DNA from: Candidatus Marinacidobacterium sp.
GTDB taxonomy: Bacteria > Acidobacteriota > Vicinamibacteria > Marinacidobacterales > Marinacidobacteraceae
Direction of reading: 5' to 3'
Length of the DNA: 64,000 bases
NCBI GenBank assembly: GCA_965204755.1
Contig: OZ242011.1
Span: 2,976,001 to 3,040,000, forward strand
In this document: one piece after another, positions 47,679-57,612 of the stretch
Layout of the letters: each line of letters opens with the position of its first letter
Numbering within the stretch: position 1 is the first letter of the stretch
Program-made: the position numbers and the translations under genes
Notes under the pieces: model-generated
Told to the model about the DNA's origin: nothing
Databases searched by the model: none
Seen by the model: the letters and a program-made list of their open reading frames with translations, nothing else

Positions 47679-49271
47679 TTACGGGTCGGCGCCCGGCGGC
47701 CCCGCTGTCGCGACCGGTTTCAGGGTCAGCGGGTCGCGTTCCGGCAGGTGGGTGACCCGGCCGCCGAGCAGGTCGGCGATCTTCGCCCGGCCTTCCGGGT
47801 CCCCGCCTTCGATGTCCGAGAAGACGCCCACCACCAGCATGACCAGCCGCTCGGGGTCGAGGTACTTCGCCGCGGCCGCGCGGACATCCTCGGCGGTGAC
47901 CGCTTCGACCTGCTCGCGCCAGCGGATCCAGTAGGTATGGGCGCGGCCCAGGAAGGCGTCGTTCGCGAAGATGGAGGCGCGCGCCTGGGCGCTCTCGAAC
48001 CGGCGCGGGAAACTGTCGGTGAGCGACCGCTTGGCGAGTTCGAGTTCCTCTTCGGAGACCGGCTCTTCGCGGATGCGGGCCACCTCCTCGAGCGCGATGG
48101 ACGCCGCGAGCGCCACGGTCTCGCTCTTCGACTGGTAGCCGAGCACATAACTCCCGGGGCCCAGCGGGTTGAACCGGAACCGGCCGCCGGCGCCGTAGGC
48201 CAGCCCTTCGTCGGAACGGATCCGCTGCATGAGCCGGGAAGTGAACCCGCTCGCGCCCAGGATGTGGTCCATGACCTGGATGGCGGCGCGCTCCGGGTTG
48301 TCCCAGTCGTCCCATCTCGGCGCCGGGTGGCCGATGCGCACCTTCCCCTGCGGGATGTCCTTCTCCAGGTGGTAGATGCCCGGAGTCGGTTCGGCCGGTT
48401 CTCCTTCCGGCGGCCAGGGGACGGCGGCGGCTTCCTCGGCTGACGGCCAGTCCGCGAGCCGGCGCTCGAGTTCCGCGAGGATGGCCGCGGTATCTATGTC
48501 GCCGGAGACGGCGAACACCATGTGCTCGGGCCGCCAGTAGCGGCGGTGGAAGGCGCGGAGGTCGTCGGGAGTGATCCCGTCGAGGTGGGCCTTCGTCATG
48601 CGCCGCCCGAGGTAGTGGTCTTCGCCGTGGAGCAGCATCGCCCATTCCCGGTTCAGCAGGTCGTCCGCGTCGTCGTTCCGCTGCCGGAGGTCTTCCAGCA
48701 CATTGCGCTTGCGAATGGCGAACCGCTCGGCGTCGAAGCGGGGCGACCTCAGGAGATCGAAGAAGAGGTCGAGGCCCTCTTCGAACACCGGGGTGATCGT
48801 CCGGAGCGACGCCCGCGCCTCCGTGTCGCTCGACGAAGCGGAGAGGGACGCGGCCAGGTATTCGACCCGTTCGTCGAACTCTTCCGGCGCGCGCTCGCCG
48901 GCGCCGCCGTCCCGCATCATCGCCGCGGTGAGCGACGCCAGGCCGATCCGGTCCGCCGGGTCGAGGAAGTTCCCGATGCGCAGGCTGACGGAGAGCCGGA
49001 TGAGCGGCAGCGCGCGGTCCTCGACCACGACCACCGGGATGCCGCCGGGGAGTTCGTGGCGGTAGTCGTTTCCGTCCGGCGTCTCGAAGACGAAGTCCGG
49101 AAAGACGAGTTCCTCCGGCCGATCCGGAATGGCCGGAAGGTCCTGCGCGGCGGCCGCGCCGCCGGCGGCGAACAGGAGACCGAGCGCGGCCGCCGGGAAG
49201 CCGGCGAACGGGGACGATCGCCGGGGAGCGTTCTCCCGACCGGCGTCCACGGTGGTTCTCGCGTCGTTCAT
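47679..49271 (-). CDS. M16 peptidase, non-catalytic partner subunit
   Basis: ILGASGFTSRLMQRIRSDEGLAYG, AFHRRYWRP; no HxxEH; signal peptide; ATGA-coupled. Confidence 0.88.
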   Translation of the reverse strand: MNDARTTVDAGRENAPRRSSPFAGFPAAALGLLFAAGGAAAAQDLPAIPDRPEELVFPDFVFETPDGNDYRHELPGGIPVVVVEDRALPLIRLSVSLRIGNFLDPADRIGLASLTAAMMRDGGAGERAPEEFDERVEYLAASLSASSSDTEARASLRTITPVFEEGLDLFFDLLRSPRFDAERFAIRKRNVLEDLRQRNDDADDLLNREWAMLLHGEDHYLGRRMTKAHLDGITPDDLRAFHRRYWRPEHMVFAVSGDIDTAAILAELERRLADWPSAEEAAAVPWPPEGEPAEPTPGIYHLEKDIPQGKVRIGHPAPRWDDWDNPERAAIQVMDHILGASGFTSRLMQRIRSDEGLAYGAGGRFRFNPLGPGSYVLGYQSKSETVALAASIALEEVARIREEPVSEEELELAKRSLTDSFPRRFESAQARASIFANDAFLGRAHTYWIRWREQVEAVTAEDVRAAAAKYLDPERLVMLVVGVFSDIEGGDPEGRAKIADLLGGRVTHLPERDPLTLKPVATAGPPGADP

Positions 49272-51073
49272 TCGGCTCCTCCCTTCGAGTCGAAGTCGTC
49301 CGGTTCGAGTTCCGCGAGGCGGGCGCGGATCGCGTTCTCCACGAACGCCAGGGCGCCTTGCATCTCCGGGGGCGCCTGCGCCCGCATCGCCGCGAACTGC
49401 TCGAGGCCCTGCCGGAGCGCGTCCGCGTCGTCCGACGCCCGGATCTCCCGCAGTTGCGCCATCACCTGGTTTCGCACCGGCGGAGGGAGGTCGGCGAGTT
49501 CCGCCGGGACCTCTTCCGCCGGGGCGTCGGCGTCGCGGGTGTAGTAAGCGACCGCGCGGTTCGTCGGCGTGAGGTACTGCGCCGCCACCCGCTTGATGTC
49601 CGCTTCGGTCACCGCCAGCGTCGCGTCGGCCCAGGTATCGATGTACCGCCAGTCGCCGAGCGTGTCGTACACCAGCAGTTGGAGGAGCAGGAAGAAGCCG
49701 CTGTCCAGCCGCTCCCAGGCGCTGGCCGAGGCCTGGTTCTTCACCTTCTGGATCTCGTCCGCCGGGATCGGTTCCTCGACCAGCCGGGCGATTTCCCGGT
49801 CGATGGCCGCCGCCAGTTCCGCCGGCGTCGTTTCCCCCTTCGCTTCCGCGGAGACCTGGAGCAGGCCGGCCCACTTCCGGTTGTCGTGGAACGCCCCGGC
49901 CGAACTCGCGATCTCGTCGCCCAGCACCATGCTCCGGTAGAGCCTCCCGGTGCGCCCGTTGAGGAGTCCGGTCAACACATCGAGCGCGTACTGGTCCCGG
50001 TGCCGGAACGGGACCGTGTGGTAGCGGAGTTTCACCTGCGGCTGGCAGTCGCAGGAGGCGTCGAGCCGCTTCTCCGCGTTCTGCTCCATCTCGAGCGTCA
50101 CCACTTCCGGCGCCGCTTCTCCGGGTTTCAGCCGTCCGAAGTAGCGCTCGGCCAACTCCTTCGCCTGCGCGGGGTCGAAGTTGCCCACGAGCGCCGCGGT
50201 GAGGTTGCCCGGCGAGTAGTAGGTCGCGTAGAACTCCTCGGCCTGCTCCAGCGTGAACACGCGGAGATCGGAAGGCCAACCGATGACCGGCCAGGAATAG
50301 GGATGCGACTGCCAGAACATCGCGTCGAAGGCTTCGTCGAACTCGCCGGTGGGCGTGGACTCCGTGCGGAGCCGCCGTTCCTCGTGCACCACATCCCGCT
50401 CCGTGTAGAACTCGCGGAACACCGGGCGCAGCAGCCGCTCCGATTCCATCCAGAACCACAACTCGAGCCGGTTCTGCGGCACGGTGATGAAGTACACGGT
50501 CTGGTCGTTCGAGGTGAACGCGTTCATGCCCGAAGCCCCGGCTTCGGTGTAGATGCGGTCGAACTCGTCCTTGACCATGAGCGAGCGCTGCTCTTCGGCC
50601 AGCGAGTCGAACTCTTCCAGCAGCGCGGTGAGTTCTTCCGGCAGGTCGTCGGTCCCGAAGGGGTCGCCGATCAGGCCCAGCCGGCTCTCTTCCCGCCGCT
50701 TCCGGTAGATCTCCCGGATCCGTTCCTGGATCTCCTCCTGCTCCCGGATGATCGCTTCGTCCCGCTCCGCGTCGGTGGTCCCGATCCGGGGCGTCCCCTT
50801 GAACATCATGTGTTCGAAGAAGTGGCTCATCCCGGTGATCCCCGGGCGCTCGTTCGCCGACCCCACATGCGCCGCCCAGCCGGCGGACACGGTGGTCATC
50901 TCCGGCCGGACCACGGCGAGGAACCGCATCCCGTTGTCGAGGGTGAACTCCTCCACCGGAACGCTCGCCTGCGCCCCGGCGGGCGCCGGCGCGGCGAAGA
51001 ACCCCGCCCCGGAGAGCGCGAACGCGGGAAAAAGTGCGCCGGCGGCGGCCCGCCGGAAACCGCGAAAACTCAT
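49268..51073 (-). CDS. M16 (pitrilysin-like) zinc peptidase, catalytic subunit
   Basis: GMSHFFEHMMFKGT (HxxEH), NAFTSNDQT, ERDVVHEERR; signal peptide. Confidence 0.92.
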   Translation of the reverse strand: MSFRGFRRAAAGALFPAFALSGAGFFAAPAPAGAQASVPVEEFTLDNGMRFLAVVRPEMTTVSAGWAAHVGSANERPGITGMSHFFEHMMFKGTPRIGTTDAERDEAIIREQEEIQERIREIYRKRREESRLGLIGDPFGTDDLPEELTALLEEFDSLAEEQRSLMVKDEFDRIYTEAGASGMNAFTSNDQTVYFITVPQNRLELWFWMESERLLRPVFREFYTERDVVHEERRLRTESTPTGEFDEAFDAMFWQSHPYSWPVIGWPSDLRVFTLEQAEEFYATYYSPGNLTAALVGNFDPAQAKELAERYFGRLKPGEAAPEVVTLEMEQNAEKRLDASCDCQPQVKLRYHTVPFRHRDQYALDVLTGLLNGRTGRLYRSMVLGDEIASSAGAFHDNRKWAGLLQVSAEAKGETTPAELAAAIDREIARLVEEPIPADEIQKVKNQASASAWERLDSGFFLLLQLLVYDTLGDWRYIDTWADATLAVTEADIKRVAAQYLTPTNRAVAYYTRDADAPAEEVPAELADLPPPVRNQVMAQLREIRASDDADALRQGLEQFAAMRAQAPPEMQGALAFVENAIRARLAELEPDDFDSKGGAE

Positions 51074-51079
51074 CTCGAA

Positions 51080-51153
51080 ATGCTAGCCCGCGCGCGCCCG
51101 CGGCCCCGTTCGCGGTTCGGCGAACGGCGGGAAAACCGTTCGGCTGCTACAAT
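51080..51153. promoter_or_regulatory. Divergent promoters for the M16 operon (leaderless) and ggt
   Basis: Minus strand TAGCAT (51085-51080) 6 nt before ATG 51073; plus strand extended -10 TGcTACAAT 51145-51153. Confidence 0.5.
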
Positions 51154-51234
51154 TTCGCGTTTCCGCGGCGTCCCTCCGGGGGCCGACCCAGGTCGCGTCC
51201 GGGCGGAGGGGGCCAGAGCGAGAGGTAGCGGCAC

Positions 51235-53736
51235 ATGAGTCTTCCCCTGCGCATTCGCCCGAGCGATTCCCCGAGCGATCCGCCGACCGGTCCCTTGTTC
51301 TCGACGAACCCGCCGGCGGGCCGGCGGGCGGCGGCGCCGATTTCGTCGCCGGTCCCGCGCGGCGCGCGGCGGCGCCTTCCCGTCGCGGCGGCGCTGCTCG
51401 GGCTCGCGGCCGCGCTCCTCCCGCCGCCGGCGGCGGAGGCCCGGAGTTTCGCGGTTCGCGCCCGTCACGGGATGGTGGTCTCGCAGAACCACCTCGCCTC
51501 GGAAGTCGGCGCCGCGGTGCTGCGCGAAGGGGGAAACGCGATCGACGCGGCGGTCGCCACCGCGTTCGCGCTGGCGGTGACCCATCCCACCGCGGGGAAC
51601 ATCGGCGGGGGCGGCTTCCTGGTCTATCGGCCGGCTTCGGGCGACCCGCTGGCGTACGACTTCCGGGAGATGGCGCCGGCGGCGGCGACCCCGGACATGT
51701 GGCTGGTGGACGGTGAATACAGTTTCGAGGTCCACCACCTGAGCCATCGCGCGGTCGGCGTCCCGGGGACGGTCGCCGGGCTGCGGCTGGCCTGGGAGCA
51801 GCAGGGGAGCCTCCCCTGGGAGCGCCTGGTCCGCCCGGCGGTGGAACTCGCGCGGGACGGTTTCCCGGTGTCGCACGGGCTCGCCGCGTCGCTCGCCCGG
51901 GTGCTCGACCGGATGCAGAAGTACCCGGCGTCGGTCGCCCAGTTCTCGAAGGCCGGGACTCCCTACGAGCCGGGCGAAGTCCTCCGCCAGCCGGACCTCG
52001 CCGCTTCGCTGGAGCGAATCCTGGAGCGCGGCGCCGCCGGGTTCTACGAAGGCGAGACCGCCGACCTGCTGGTCGCGGAGATGGAAGCGGGCGGGGGCCT
52101 GATCACCCACGAGGACCTGCTCGCCTACGAGGCGAAAGTGCGCGAGCCGGTGCGCGGCGAATACCGCGGCCACGAAATCATTTCGATGCCCCCGCCGAGC
52201 AGCGGCGGGACCGCGCTGGTGCAGATGCTGAACATCCTGGAGGGTTACGACCTCGCGGACAGCGGTTTCGGCTCCGCCGAGACCCTGCACTCCATGGCGG
52301 AGGCGATGCGCCGGGCCTTCGCCGACCGCGCGCTCCACCTCGGCGACCCGGACTTCAACCCGGCGATCCCGATCGACCGGCTGACCTCGAAGTCCTATGC
52401 GAACGACCTCCGGGCCACGATCACGCCGGAAGCCGCTTCGGTGTCTTCGCCGGAGAGTTTCGAGTGGCCGACGGAAAGCGAAGAGACGACGCATTTCTCC
52501 GTGGTGGATTCCGAACGGAACGCCGTCTCCCTCACCTACACGCTGGAGTTCGGCTACGGCTCCGGCATCGTGGTTCCCGGCGGCGGTTTCCTGTTGAACA
52601 ACGAGATGGGGGACTTCAACGCCGCGCCGGGACTGACGGACGAACGCGGACTCATCGGCACCGACCCGAACCTCGCCGAAGGCAGGAAGCGGATGCTCTC
52701 CAGCATGACGCCCACCATCGTGGCGAAGGACGGCGACCTGTTCCTCGTTACCGGCACTCCCGGCGGACGCACCATCATCAACACCGTGCTGCAGACGATC
52801 GTCAATGTGGTGGACCACGGGATGAACGCCCAGGAAGCGGTGGACGCCGGCCGCATCCACCACCAGTGGCTCCCCGACCGGATCAACTACGAGCGGCAGG
52901 AGTTCTCCCCGGACACGCTGTCGCTGCTCGCGCGGTACGGCCATACCCTGAACGAAACCACCGCGCAGGGCGCGGCGGAAGTCATCCTCCACCGGGCGGA
53001 CGAAGGCGTGCTCGAAGGAGGCGTGGACCGCCGGGCGCCCGACGGCGGCGCCGGCGTCCACGACGACGGCTTCATGGCGACGGGGGCGGCGGACGCCGGC
53101 GCAGACCCGGCGGCGCCGGGCGAAGATACGGCGGAGGAATCCGGGGCGGACTTCTGCGGCGAGCCTCCCGGGGCGCCGGCGGAAACCTCCGCGGCCGGCG
53201 AGTCGGCGGGAGGGACGGAGTCTTTCGCGCTCCTCGCCGAACAGGAAACGGTTTCGACCGATTCGTCCTCGCTCTCCTCCGCCTACAACTTCGTCGAGAT
53301 CTCCGATTCCCTCTCGACGGCCGGGCAGATCACGAACGAGGAGATCGCGGCCGCCGGCGAGGCCGGGTTCGAAGTCGTCGTGAACCTCGCCCCGGCGCGG
53401 CGCGACCGGAACCTGGAAGAGGGTTTCCGGGTGACCGAAGCGGGTATGACCTATGTGCAGATCCCGGTGGACTGGCAGGCCCCGTCGCTCCGCGACCTCG
53501 AACTCTTCTTCGATGTGATGGACGCGAACCGGGATCGACGCGTCTTCGTCCACTGCTTCGCCAACATGCGCGTTTCGGTCTTCGTCTATCTCTACCGCAC
53601 GCTCCGCCGAGGCGTGCCGGAAGAGGACGCTTGGGACGAGGTGCTGGAGGTCTGGGATCCCGGCGCCGATCCGGAGACCGCGCAGTGGCCGGCGTTCATC
53701 GAACGCGCCAAACGGGCGCGCGCTTCCGTCGGCTGA
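51235..53736 (+). CDS. ggt: Gamma-glutamyltransferase fused to a C-terminal Cys-phosphatase/DUF442-like domain
   Basis: GGNAIDAAVA, DFREMAP, PPPSSGG, autocleavage ETTHFSVVD, LLNNEMGDF, KRMLSSMTP; then acidic linker and NFVEISDSLSTAGQ..YVQIPVDW..VFVHCFANMRVS. Confidence 0.9.
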   Translation: MSLPLRIRPSDSPSDPPTGPLFSTNPPAGRRAAAPISSPVPRGARRRLPVAAALLGLAAALLPPPAAEARSFAVRARHGMVVSQNHLASEVGAAVLREGGNAIDAAVATAFALAVTHPTAGNIGGGGFLVYRPASGDPLAYDFREMAPAAATPDMWLVDGEYSFEVHHLSHRAVGVPGTVAGLRLAWEQQGSLPWERLVRPAVELARDGFPVSHGLAASLARVLDRMQKYPASVAQFSKAGTPYEPGEVLRQPDLAASLERILERGAAGFYEGETADLLVAEMEAGGGLITHEDLLAYEAKVREPVRGEYRGHEIISMPPPSSGGTALVQMLNILEGYDLADSGFGSAETLHSMAEAMRRAFADRALHLGDPDFNPAIPIDRLTSKSYANDLRATITPEAASVSSPESFEWPTESEETTHFSVVDSERNAVSLTYTLEFGYGSGIVVPGGGFLLNNEMGDFNAAPGLTDERGLIGTDPNLAEGRKRMLSSMTPTIVAKDGDLFLVTGTPGGRTIINTVLQTIVNVVDHGMNAQEAVDAGRIHHQWLPDRINYERQEFSPDTLSLLARYGHTLNETTAQGAAEVILHRADEGVLEGGVDRRAPDGGAGVHDDGFMATGAADAGADPAAPGEDTAEESGADFCGEPPGAPAETSAAGESAGGTESFALLAEQETVSTDSSSLSSAYNFVEISDSLSTAGQITNEEIAAAGEAGFEVVVNLAPARRDRNLEEGFRVTEAGMTYVQIPVDWQAPSLRDLELFFDVMDANRDRRVFVHCFANMRVSVFVYLYRTLRRGVPEEDAWDEVLEVWDPGADPETAQWPAFIERAKRARASVG

Positions 53737-53791
53737 CCCCAGCCGGCCCGGCCCCCGGCGTTCCGACCGGCGCGGGCCGACCACCGGGCCG

Positions 53792-54796
53792 ATGACCCCC
53801 GAGCCGCCCTCCCCCGCGCCTCCGGCGGCGGAGTCTTCCCCCTCGCCGGACGCCCCCCCTTCGCCGGAGGCGGGCCTGTCGCCGGAGGCCCGAAGGCTCG
53901 CCGGCCTCTCCGGCGGGGGCGCCCTCGCTGCCGCCGCGCCGCTCTGGAAACAGCGGTCGTCGTGGGCCTCGGCGGCGTTCCACCTCTCCCTCGGGCTCCT
54001 CCTGTTCGCGCCCGGCCTGTTCGGCGGGCTCCGGTCGGAGGACGCCGGGCGGGACGCCCTGCCGCGCTTCCACTTCGATGTGGCCGGGGGGAGCGGGCCG
54101 GGGGGCGGGGGCGGAGGCGGCGGCAGCCGTGGCGACCGGATCACCGCCTACATCCCGCAGCGCGACGATCCCCCGCCGGAACCGGAGCGGGCCGAGCCGG
54201 AGACCCCGCGCGAAGCGCCGATCGCTCCCCGGAAACCCCGGCCGCTCCGGTTCGAGGACCTGGACGACCTCACCGACCGGACGCCGCCGGTGGACCTGGC
54301 GCTCGGCTCCGTCTTCTCGCCGCAGGCGGTGGAGTCCCCGGGGCTCTCCCTCTCCGACTTCGAGGACCGCGGCGGCCGGGACCGGACCCGGAGCGCCGGG
54401 ACCGGGGGCGGGATCGGCGGCGGCGAAGGCGTGGGCACCGGGGAGGGCCGGGGCTGGGGCGTCGGGCCGGGCTACGGCGGCGGTTCCGGCGGGGGCGCTT
54501 ACTCGCCCGGCGGGTACGATGTGGAGCCGCGCCTGATCTATGAGCCGCCCGAGCCGCCCTACCCGGAGGGCGCCCGCCGCCGCCGGGTCACCGGCGAGGT
54601 GATGCTGCAGGTGCTGGTGAAGTTGGACGGCAGCACCCAGGTGCTCCGGGTCATCAAGTCCGGCTGCCGCGCCTGCGTGGAGACCGCCCGCCGCCACGCG
54701 CTCCGCTACCGCTGGAAACCGGCGCTCAAGGACGGGAAGCCGGTCGAGGCCGTCGGCGTGATCCGGGTTTCCTTCGGCCTCTTCTCCCCGCGGTGA
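53792..54796 (+). CDS. TonB-family energy transducer
   Basis: SAAFH TM anchor, Pro/Gly-rich spacer, PPYPEGARRRRVTGEVMLQV..WKPALKDGKPV. Confidence 0.85.
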   Translation: MTPEPPSPAPPAAESSPSPDAPPSPEAGLSPEARRLAGLSGGGALAAAAPLWKQRSSWASAAFHLSLGLLLFAPGLFGGLRSEDAGRDALPRFHFDVAGGSGPGGGGGGGGSRGDRITAYIPQRDDPPPEPERAEPETPREAPIAPRKPRPLRFEDLDDLTDRTPPVDLALGSVFSPQAVESPGLSLSDFEDRGGRDRTRSAGTGGGIGGGEGVGTGEGRGWGVGPGYGGGSGGGAYSPGGYDVEPRLIYEPPEPPYPEGARRRRVTGEVMLQVLVKLDGSTQVLRVIKSGCRACVETARRHALRYRWKPALKDGKPVEAVGVIRVSFGLFSPR

Positions 54797-55377
54797 CGGG
54801 CGGCGGCTTCCCGGTTCCGGCGGCGGCGCCGGACGCGGAGGCGCGGGCCGCCGGCCGCCCGGTCGAACTCCTCTCCGAAGACGCCATCGCCGGCCGCGTC
54901 CGGCAGATGGCCGAGGAGATCGCCGCCGCCCGGGAGGGGCAGCGCCTCCACCTGCTGGTGGTGCTGAGGGGGGCGTTCGTCTTCGCCGCGGACCTCATGC
55001 GCCGCCTCGACGACCTCGGCCTGGAGACCACCGTGGACTTCTGCCGGGTCGCTTCCTACGGCGATGGCACCGAACCCGGCGAGCCCGCCGTCGAGTTGTA
55101 CCACCCGGAGACGCTCACCGACCGGGATGTGCTCATCGTGGAAGACATCGTGGACACCGGCCTCGCGCTCGACGCGCTGGTGCGCGCGGTCCGCCGGGCC
55201 GCGCCCCGCTCGCTCGGCTCCGTCGCCTTCCTCTCCAAGCCGGAGCGCCGCCGCGTGCCCATAGACCCGGACTACACCGGCTTCGTGATCCCGGACCGCT
55301 TCGCCGTCGGCTACGGCCTCGACTACGCCGGCCGCTGGCGCCACCTCCCCTTCGTCGGAATCCTGGAAGTCGGCTGA
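54793..55377 (+). CDS. hpt: Hypoxanthine phosphoribosyltransferase
   Basis: VLRGAFVFAADL, VLIVEDIVDTG, FAVGYGLDY..RHLPFVG. Confidence 0.93.
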   Translation: MTGGGFPVPAAAPDAEARAAGRPVELLSEDAIAGRVRQMAEEIAAAREGQRLHLLVVLRGAFVFAADLMRRLDDLGLETTVDFCRVASYGDGTEPGEPAVELYHPETLTDRDVLIVEDIVDTGLALDALVRAVRRAAPRSLGSVAFLSKPERRRVPIDPDYTGFVIPDRFAVGYGLDYAGRWRHLPFVGILEVG

Positions 55378-55405
55378 CCGGGGACTGCGGATCCCGCCGT
55401 CCCGG

Positions 55406-56164
55406 CTACTTCGGGTTCGGGATACCGCGATCCGCCAGGGCGAGCAGGTCCCCGTTTCCGATCGCCCGCGCGGCCATGCGGCCGACGACGCTGATCCGGC
55501 CGGGGTCGGCGCCGGCGCGCAGCAAGGCCCGCACGAAGCGGGGTTCCCCGGCAAAGATCGCCGTCAGGATGGGCGGAGTTTTTTCGTTTTCCGCACCGTC
55601 CGGGTTGGCGCCGGCTTCGAACAGGGAGTCCAGGCACCGCAGCCTCTCTTCGATGTCGAGGGGTGACCCGGGTTCTCGGTCGAGCCCCGGTGTCGCTATC
55701 GTCTCGACGGTGAGGCCGCCCTCGCCCTCGCTTTCGGTCGAGGACAAGCTCGACTCGACGACCGGATTCATCACCTCCTGAATCGGGCTCACCGCGCTGC
55801 CGCAGGCGTGGTCCGGACTCGCGCCGGCGGCGAGGAGCGCATCCACGAGGGCCGGCTCGCCGAGCAGTGAGGCGATTCCGAGCGGCGAGCGGTCGTCGTC
55901 GCCGCAGGTGTCCGGGTCCTGCGCCGCAGCCGCGCGGGCGACCCGGTCGGGATCCTTCGCCCAAACCGCTCGACGGAGCGTGTCCGGGTCCGCCGCCTGC
56001 TCGGCCTCCGTGAGGGCTGGTTCGCTTCCGCCGCTGCCCGGGTCGAAGTGGAACCGCACGCAGCCGTCCGACCCGAGTGCGAGCGAGAAAACACCAGTAG
56101 CCGCATCGGTTCTGACCATAACGACGAAACCGGGTTTCCGGTTCCGACTCCTTCGACCAGCCAC
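55406..56164 (-). CDS. Ankyrin-repeat protein
   Basis: RSPLGIASLLG..LLAAGASPD, LFEAGANPD, LLRAGADP; start uncertain. Confidence 0.65.
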   Translation of the reverse strand: MAGRRSRNRKPGFVVMVRTDAATGVFSLALGSDGCVRFHFDPGSGGSEPALTEAEQAADPDTLRRAVWAKDPDRVARAAAAQDPDTCGDDDRSPLGIASLLGEPALVDALLAAGASPDHACGSAVSPIQEVMNPVVESSLSSTESEGEGGLTVETIATPGLDREPGSPLDIEERLRCLDSLFEAGANPDGAENEKTPPILTAIFAGEPRFVRALLRAGADPGRISVVGRMAARAIGNGDLLALADRGIPNPK

Positions 56165-56212
56165 GAGGTCGCGAACCGTCGCTCGCTGCTTCCGGCGAGG
56201 ACGGGCGGCTTC

Positions 56213-57316
56213 TCAGGACGGCCCGAGCAGGCGGGCGTGCAACTCCCGGAGCCGGACGAAGCGCTCCGGGGTCGAAGGGTGGCTCGCGCCGTGGACGGCG
56301 GCGACGCTTCCCGGGCTTTCGGTGGACATCCGCCGCCAGAAGTCGATCGCCTCGCCGAAATCGATGTTCGCGGCTGCGAGGATCTCGGCGCCGATCAGGT
56401 CGGCCTCGCGCTCGAAGTCCTGGCTGAACTTCCGGGCCCCGGCGATCGCGCCCGCGTCGGCCAGGTCCCGCGCGTTCCGCCCGTAGGTGGGGGCGCCGAG
56501 CGAGCCGGAGAGTCCGTCCACCAGCCCGCCGAGGGCGGCGCCCAGGACGCTGCCCCAGAGGGCGTTGGATTTCTGCTTCGACAGGTGGTCGCCGATGATG
56601 TGGCCGATCTCGTGGCCGACGACCAGGGCCAACTCCTCGTCGGAGAGGACATAGTCGAGCATTCCGGAGGTCACGAAGATGGACTCGCCGTCGGTGAAGG
56701 CGTTCGTCGAGGAGTCCGTCAGGACGGAGGCCGGTCTTCCACAGGCGCGGGTCGGCGTGACTTCCACGCGGAGCGGTTCTTCGCCGCGCAGCAACTCGAG
56801 CCGGCCGATCCGTCCGCGGTCGAGCCGCTTCGACACATCCTCCACGCCGCGTTTTCCGTCGCGGACCGCCCGGCCGTTGACTTCGACGACCACATCCCCG
56901 GCCCGGACGCCGGCGGCGTCCATCGGCGACCCCGGCGTGATGAACAGGAACATGGGGCGGTCCGCGATGCCGTATTTCGACCACGCCCCGTGGCGGTATT
57001 CCTCCGGGAGCGTCTCCGCGACGGCCACCGAGTAGCCCCAGGCCGGCGTGATCCGTTTCTCCGGACACCACTCCAGAGCCGCCCGGCGCAGCGGGAAGGC
57101 GACGCGCCCGAGGCGCTCCGTCTGCGCGACCAGGGTGTCGAACGCCATCTCGGACTGCCGGCGGGCCTCGGCTTCGACCGCGGCGCGGTCCACGGCGGAG
57201 AGTTGTCGGGTGGCCCCGACGCAACCGGCGGCGAAGAGGACGCCGCCGACGAGGGCGATGACGGGGTATGCGGCCGGGAAAGCCGTGGCGGCGGACAGCC
57301 GCGTCGTGCGGTTCAT
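56213..57316 (-). CDS. M48 metallopeptidase with PDZ domain, lipoprotein
   Basis: Lipobox LFAAGC, AAGVRAGDVV, NAF, HEIGH, EREAD, SHPSTPER; GAGGAG RBS. Confidence 0.88.
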   Translation of the reverse strand: MNRTTRLSAATAFPAAYPVIALVGGVLFAAGCVGATRQLSAVDRAAVEAEARRQSEMAFDTLVAQTERLGRVAFPLRRAALEWCPEKRITPAWGYSVAVAETLPEEYRHGAWSKYGIADRPMFLFITPGSPMDAAGVRAGDVVVEVNGRAVRDGKRGVEDVSKRLDRGRIGRLELLRGEEPLRVEVTPTRACGRPASVLTDSSTNAFTDGESIFVTSGMLDYVLSDEELALVVGHEIGHIIGDHLSKQKSNALWGSVLGAALGGLVDGLSGSLGAPTYGRNARDLADAGAIAGARKFSQDFEREADLIGAEILAAANIDFGEAIDFWRRMSTESPGSVAAVHGASHPSTPERFVRLRELHARLLGPS

Positions 57317-57561
57317 GGAGGCTCTCCTCGGGAAGTCGAGTTCTGCGCCGGGACGGCTGCCGCCGCCTCCGGAGCGGGCATCCTCCCGCCGCCGGGCGAC
57401 AGAACCTGACATCCCCTTCCGCCGGACGCCTCCGCGCCCCTTGCGGCGCCCGCCCCGGTTCCTGCCGTCAGCGAACCGGCGGCGGCTGCCGGCCGGTCCG
57501 GCCCCTCAGAAGGATTCCGGGACTCCGCCGCCCCTCCCGGCGGGGCCCGGCGGGCGGCGGG

Positions 57562-57597
57562 GCCTGACGACCGGCGGCGCCTGACGACCGGCGGCGC
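57562..57597 (+). repeat. 17-bp tandem duplication GCCTGACGACCGGCGGC x2
   Basis: Read directly; intergenic, downstream of the PNP gene. Confidence 0.85.
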
Positions 57598-57612
57598 GCG
57601 GTCGGGCCCGGC

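Noticed and set aside
47679-51073. Active plus inactive M16 pair as a novel system
   Set aside because: Well-known M16B heterodimer arrangement
51070-54144. 1024-aa ORF on the - strand
   Set aside because: Antisense shadow of ggt
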